From an uncultured bacterium (GTDB lineage Bacteria > Patescibacteriota > Minisyncoccia > SW-4-49-11): a stretch of DNA of 58,298 bases. Below, piece after piece: positions 56,463 through 58,298 of this stretch. The stretch is from assembly GCA_937864235.1 (NCBI GenBank), contig CALMJI010000024.1:1-58298 (forward strand), read 5' to 3'. The notes beneath the pieces were generated by a model, which was not told the DNA's origin, did no database searches, and saw only the letters and a program-made list of their open reading frames with translations. Position 1 is the stretch's first letter, and each line of letters starts with the position of its first letter. The position numbers were made by a program, and so were the translations under genes.

Positions 56463-57743
56463 ATGTTTTTTAATAAAAAAAATAAATCTAATACAGTGGC
56501 TAATAATAATTTAAATACAGTAGCAAAACCGTATACTAACTCCGATTATCAACAATTAGGTCAAGCTGTTTCTACTGATAATAGCCAAGATAATATGAAT
56601 CAATCTGTTTTTACTGAAATCGAGCAATTATATTCGCAACAGCCCTTTAAGAATCAAGCATCAGTTAGAACTAAAGTAAAGCGAGGTAGTAGTAAGGTTA
56701 CTAAAGCTAAAAAAACTTTTTTGGATAATTTAGCTTTATTAGTAAGTTCTGGAATGGGGGTCAATACTTCCCTTCGTATATTACATAAAAATACACAAGA
56801 TAAGGCTTTAAAGAAAATATTATATTCTATGCTTAGCAGTGTGGAAAGTGGTAGTAGCCTATCTCAAGCCATGCAAGACCATAACTTTTTACCAGACTTT
56901 TTAATATCTTTAATCAGAATTGGAGAGGAATCTGGGAATTTAGCAGATAAAATTAAAAGGACAGTTATATCTCTAGATAAAGACCAAAGAAGAAGAGCAC
57001 AACTAAGGTCAGCATTGTTTTATCCAGTTTTTGTGCTTACTTTGGTTATTGTATTAGGAATAGTAGTCTCAACATTTATATTGCCAAGAATAGGCCAAGT
57101 TTTTTCTAATATGAATGTCAAATTACCAGTAATGACAAAAATATTAATTCAAGTAGGAGAGTTTATGTCCAAGTACTGGTATATTATTATCCCTTTAATA
57201 TTGGGTACATTAGTTCTATCTATATTATTACTTTTTGTATTCCCAGCCACAAGAAAATCTGGACAATGGTTGTTGTTCCATTTGCCAGTATTCAATGATT
57301 TGATAGTCAAGACTGAAGTATCTAGATTTGCATATAATTTAGCAATGTTATTAAATTCAGGTATTCCAATAACAAAAGCATTATTATCATTATCCAAAAT
57401 ACATGATTATTATATGTATAAAAATTACACACAATTTTTAGCTAATTATATTCAGAGTGGTAAAAGCTTTCATAATATATTTGATGTTAATAAGAAAAAA
57501 ACTAACTCTATTTTACCTTTTGCAGCTCAGGAAATTATTACAGCAGGGGAGGAGTCAGGTAAATTACCAGAAGTTCTGGAACAATTAGGAGAGCGATATG
57601 AACAAGAATCAGAGCAAATTGCCAAGAATATTGCAGTTCTATTAGAGCCTGCTCTATTAATAGTAGTCTGGATAGGAGTTGTATTCCTAGCTGTAGCCAT
57701 ATTACTTCCGATTTATAGTCTTGTTGGTAATTTTCAAATATAA
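56463..57743 (+). CDS. pilC: Type IV pilus/T2SS platform protein (PilC/GspF)
   Basis: IGEESG.L, YP.FV, LP, AGEESGKL, LEP, PIY; three TMs. Confidence 0.92.
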   Translation: MFFNKKNKSNTVANNNLNTVAKPYTNSDYQQLGQAVSTDNSQDNMNQSVFTEIEQLYSQQPFKNQASVRTKVKRGSSKVTKAKKTFLDNLALLVSSGMGVNTSLRILHKNTQDKALKKILYSMLSSVESGSSLSQAMQDHNFLPDFLISLIRIGEESGNLADKIKRTVISLDKDQRRRAQLRSALFYPVFVLTLVIVLGIVVSTFILPRIGQVFSNMNVKLPVMTKILIQVGEFMSKYWYIIIPLILGTLVLSILLLFVFPATRKSGQWLLFHLPVFNDLIVKTEVSRFAYNLAMLLNSGIPITKALLSLSKIHDYYMYKNYTQFLANYIQSGKSFHNIFDVNKKKTNSILPFAAQEIITAGEESGKLPEVLEQLGERYEQESEQIAKNIAVLLEPALLIVVWIGVVFLAVAILLPIYSLVGNFQI

Positions 57744-57745
57744 AT

Positions 57746-58298
57746 ATGAAAGCGAAATATAAAGGTTTTACACTAATAGAAATAACCCTGGTAATGGTTT
57801 TAATATCTATTTTAATTGCCATTACCACTACCTTAGTATCCAATGTAATAGCCCGTAATGATGTTGGGTCTGCCCATGAATCTCTCTATAATGCTCTCTT
57901 GAGAGCCCAACAATTGTCCAAAAATCAATATAAAGATTCTCAGTGGAGAGTATGTCTAGACAATATAAATAAGCAATATACCATCACTTCAGGAACTTGT
58001 AGTGATCCCACTAATGCTGAGATAATCAAAATGTCCTCTAATATTACAATCAGCTCCACAACACAAACTATATTATTCAAATCAATTAGTGGAGAATTAG
58101 AAAATACATCTAGCTCTATTACAATAACCTTGACTGGTGGTGGAGTAAGTAAATCTATTATCATTAATAAAAAAGGTATTTTATCTAAAAGCCCTACAGC
58201 TGAAGAAATTGCCGCTGCTATGCCCCCACTAACTGTAACCTCCTGTACATATGCAGATAAAAAAATAAGTATATCTTATACATCAGGAGAAGTAGGAT
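57746..58298 (+). CDS. Type IV pilin/pseudopilin (runs off the window end; not in the ORF track)
   Basis: ATG 57746 MKAKYKG|FTLIEITLVMVLI, open to the window edge. Confidence 0.85.
   Translation, partial: MKAKYKGFTLIEITLVMVLISILIAITTTLVSNVIARNDVGSAHESLYNALLRAQQLSKNQYKDSQWRVCLDNINKQYTITSGTCSDPTNAEIIKMSSNITISSTTQTILFKSISGELENTSSSITITLTGGGVSKSIIINKKGILSKSPTAEEIAAAMPPLTVTSCTYADKKISISYTSGEVG

Overview
AT-rich (roughly 30% GC by eye), gene-dense bacterial chromosomal segment read with the standard code (TGA ends pyrG). It is most consistent with a CPR/Patescibacteria genome (inference from scattered ribosomal-protein genes, DUF4012, split ComEC, a type IV pilin/PilB/PilC cluster, a membrane-anchored Clp-like ATPase, almost no SD motifs and no biosynthetic pathways beyond pyrG, nrdAB and murB). 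It holds about 55 CDS, tRNA-Val(GAC), tRNA-Glu(CTC), a tmRNA (tag AKPFANRSYSGFGYAVA), a candidate L10 leader/attenuator and several clusters of GC-rich palindromic (REP-like) repeats. The most striking item is an EcoEI/EcoAI-type HsdR carrying an in-frame, apparently intact GIY-YIG nuclease cassette bounded by inverted REP-like repeats, with no intein or intron signature. Other leads: a 164-bp hairpin-rich element with a 23-bp duplication of the tRNA-Glu 3' end; a PspC / membrane protein / membrane-anchored half-dead Clp ATPase module; an unlisted 53-aa basic His-rich ORF inside a two-component locus; a promoter- and terminator-bounded candidate sRNA; and comEC starting 2 nt after tRNA-Val. 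All family assignments come from motif recognition without database searches.
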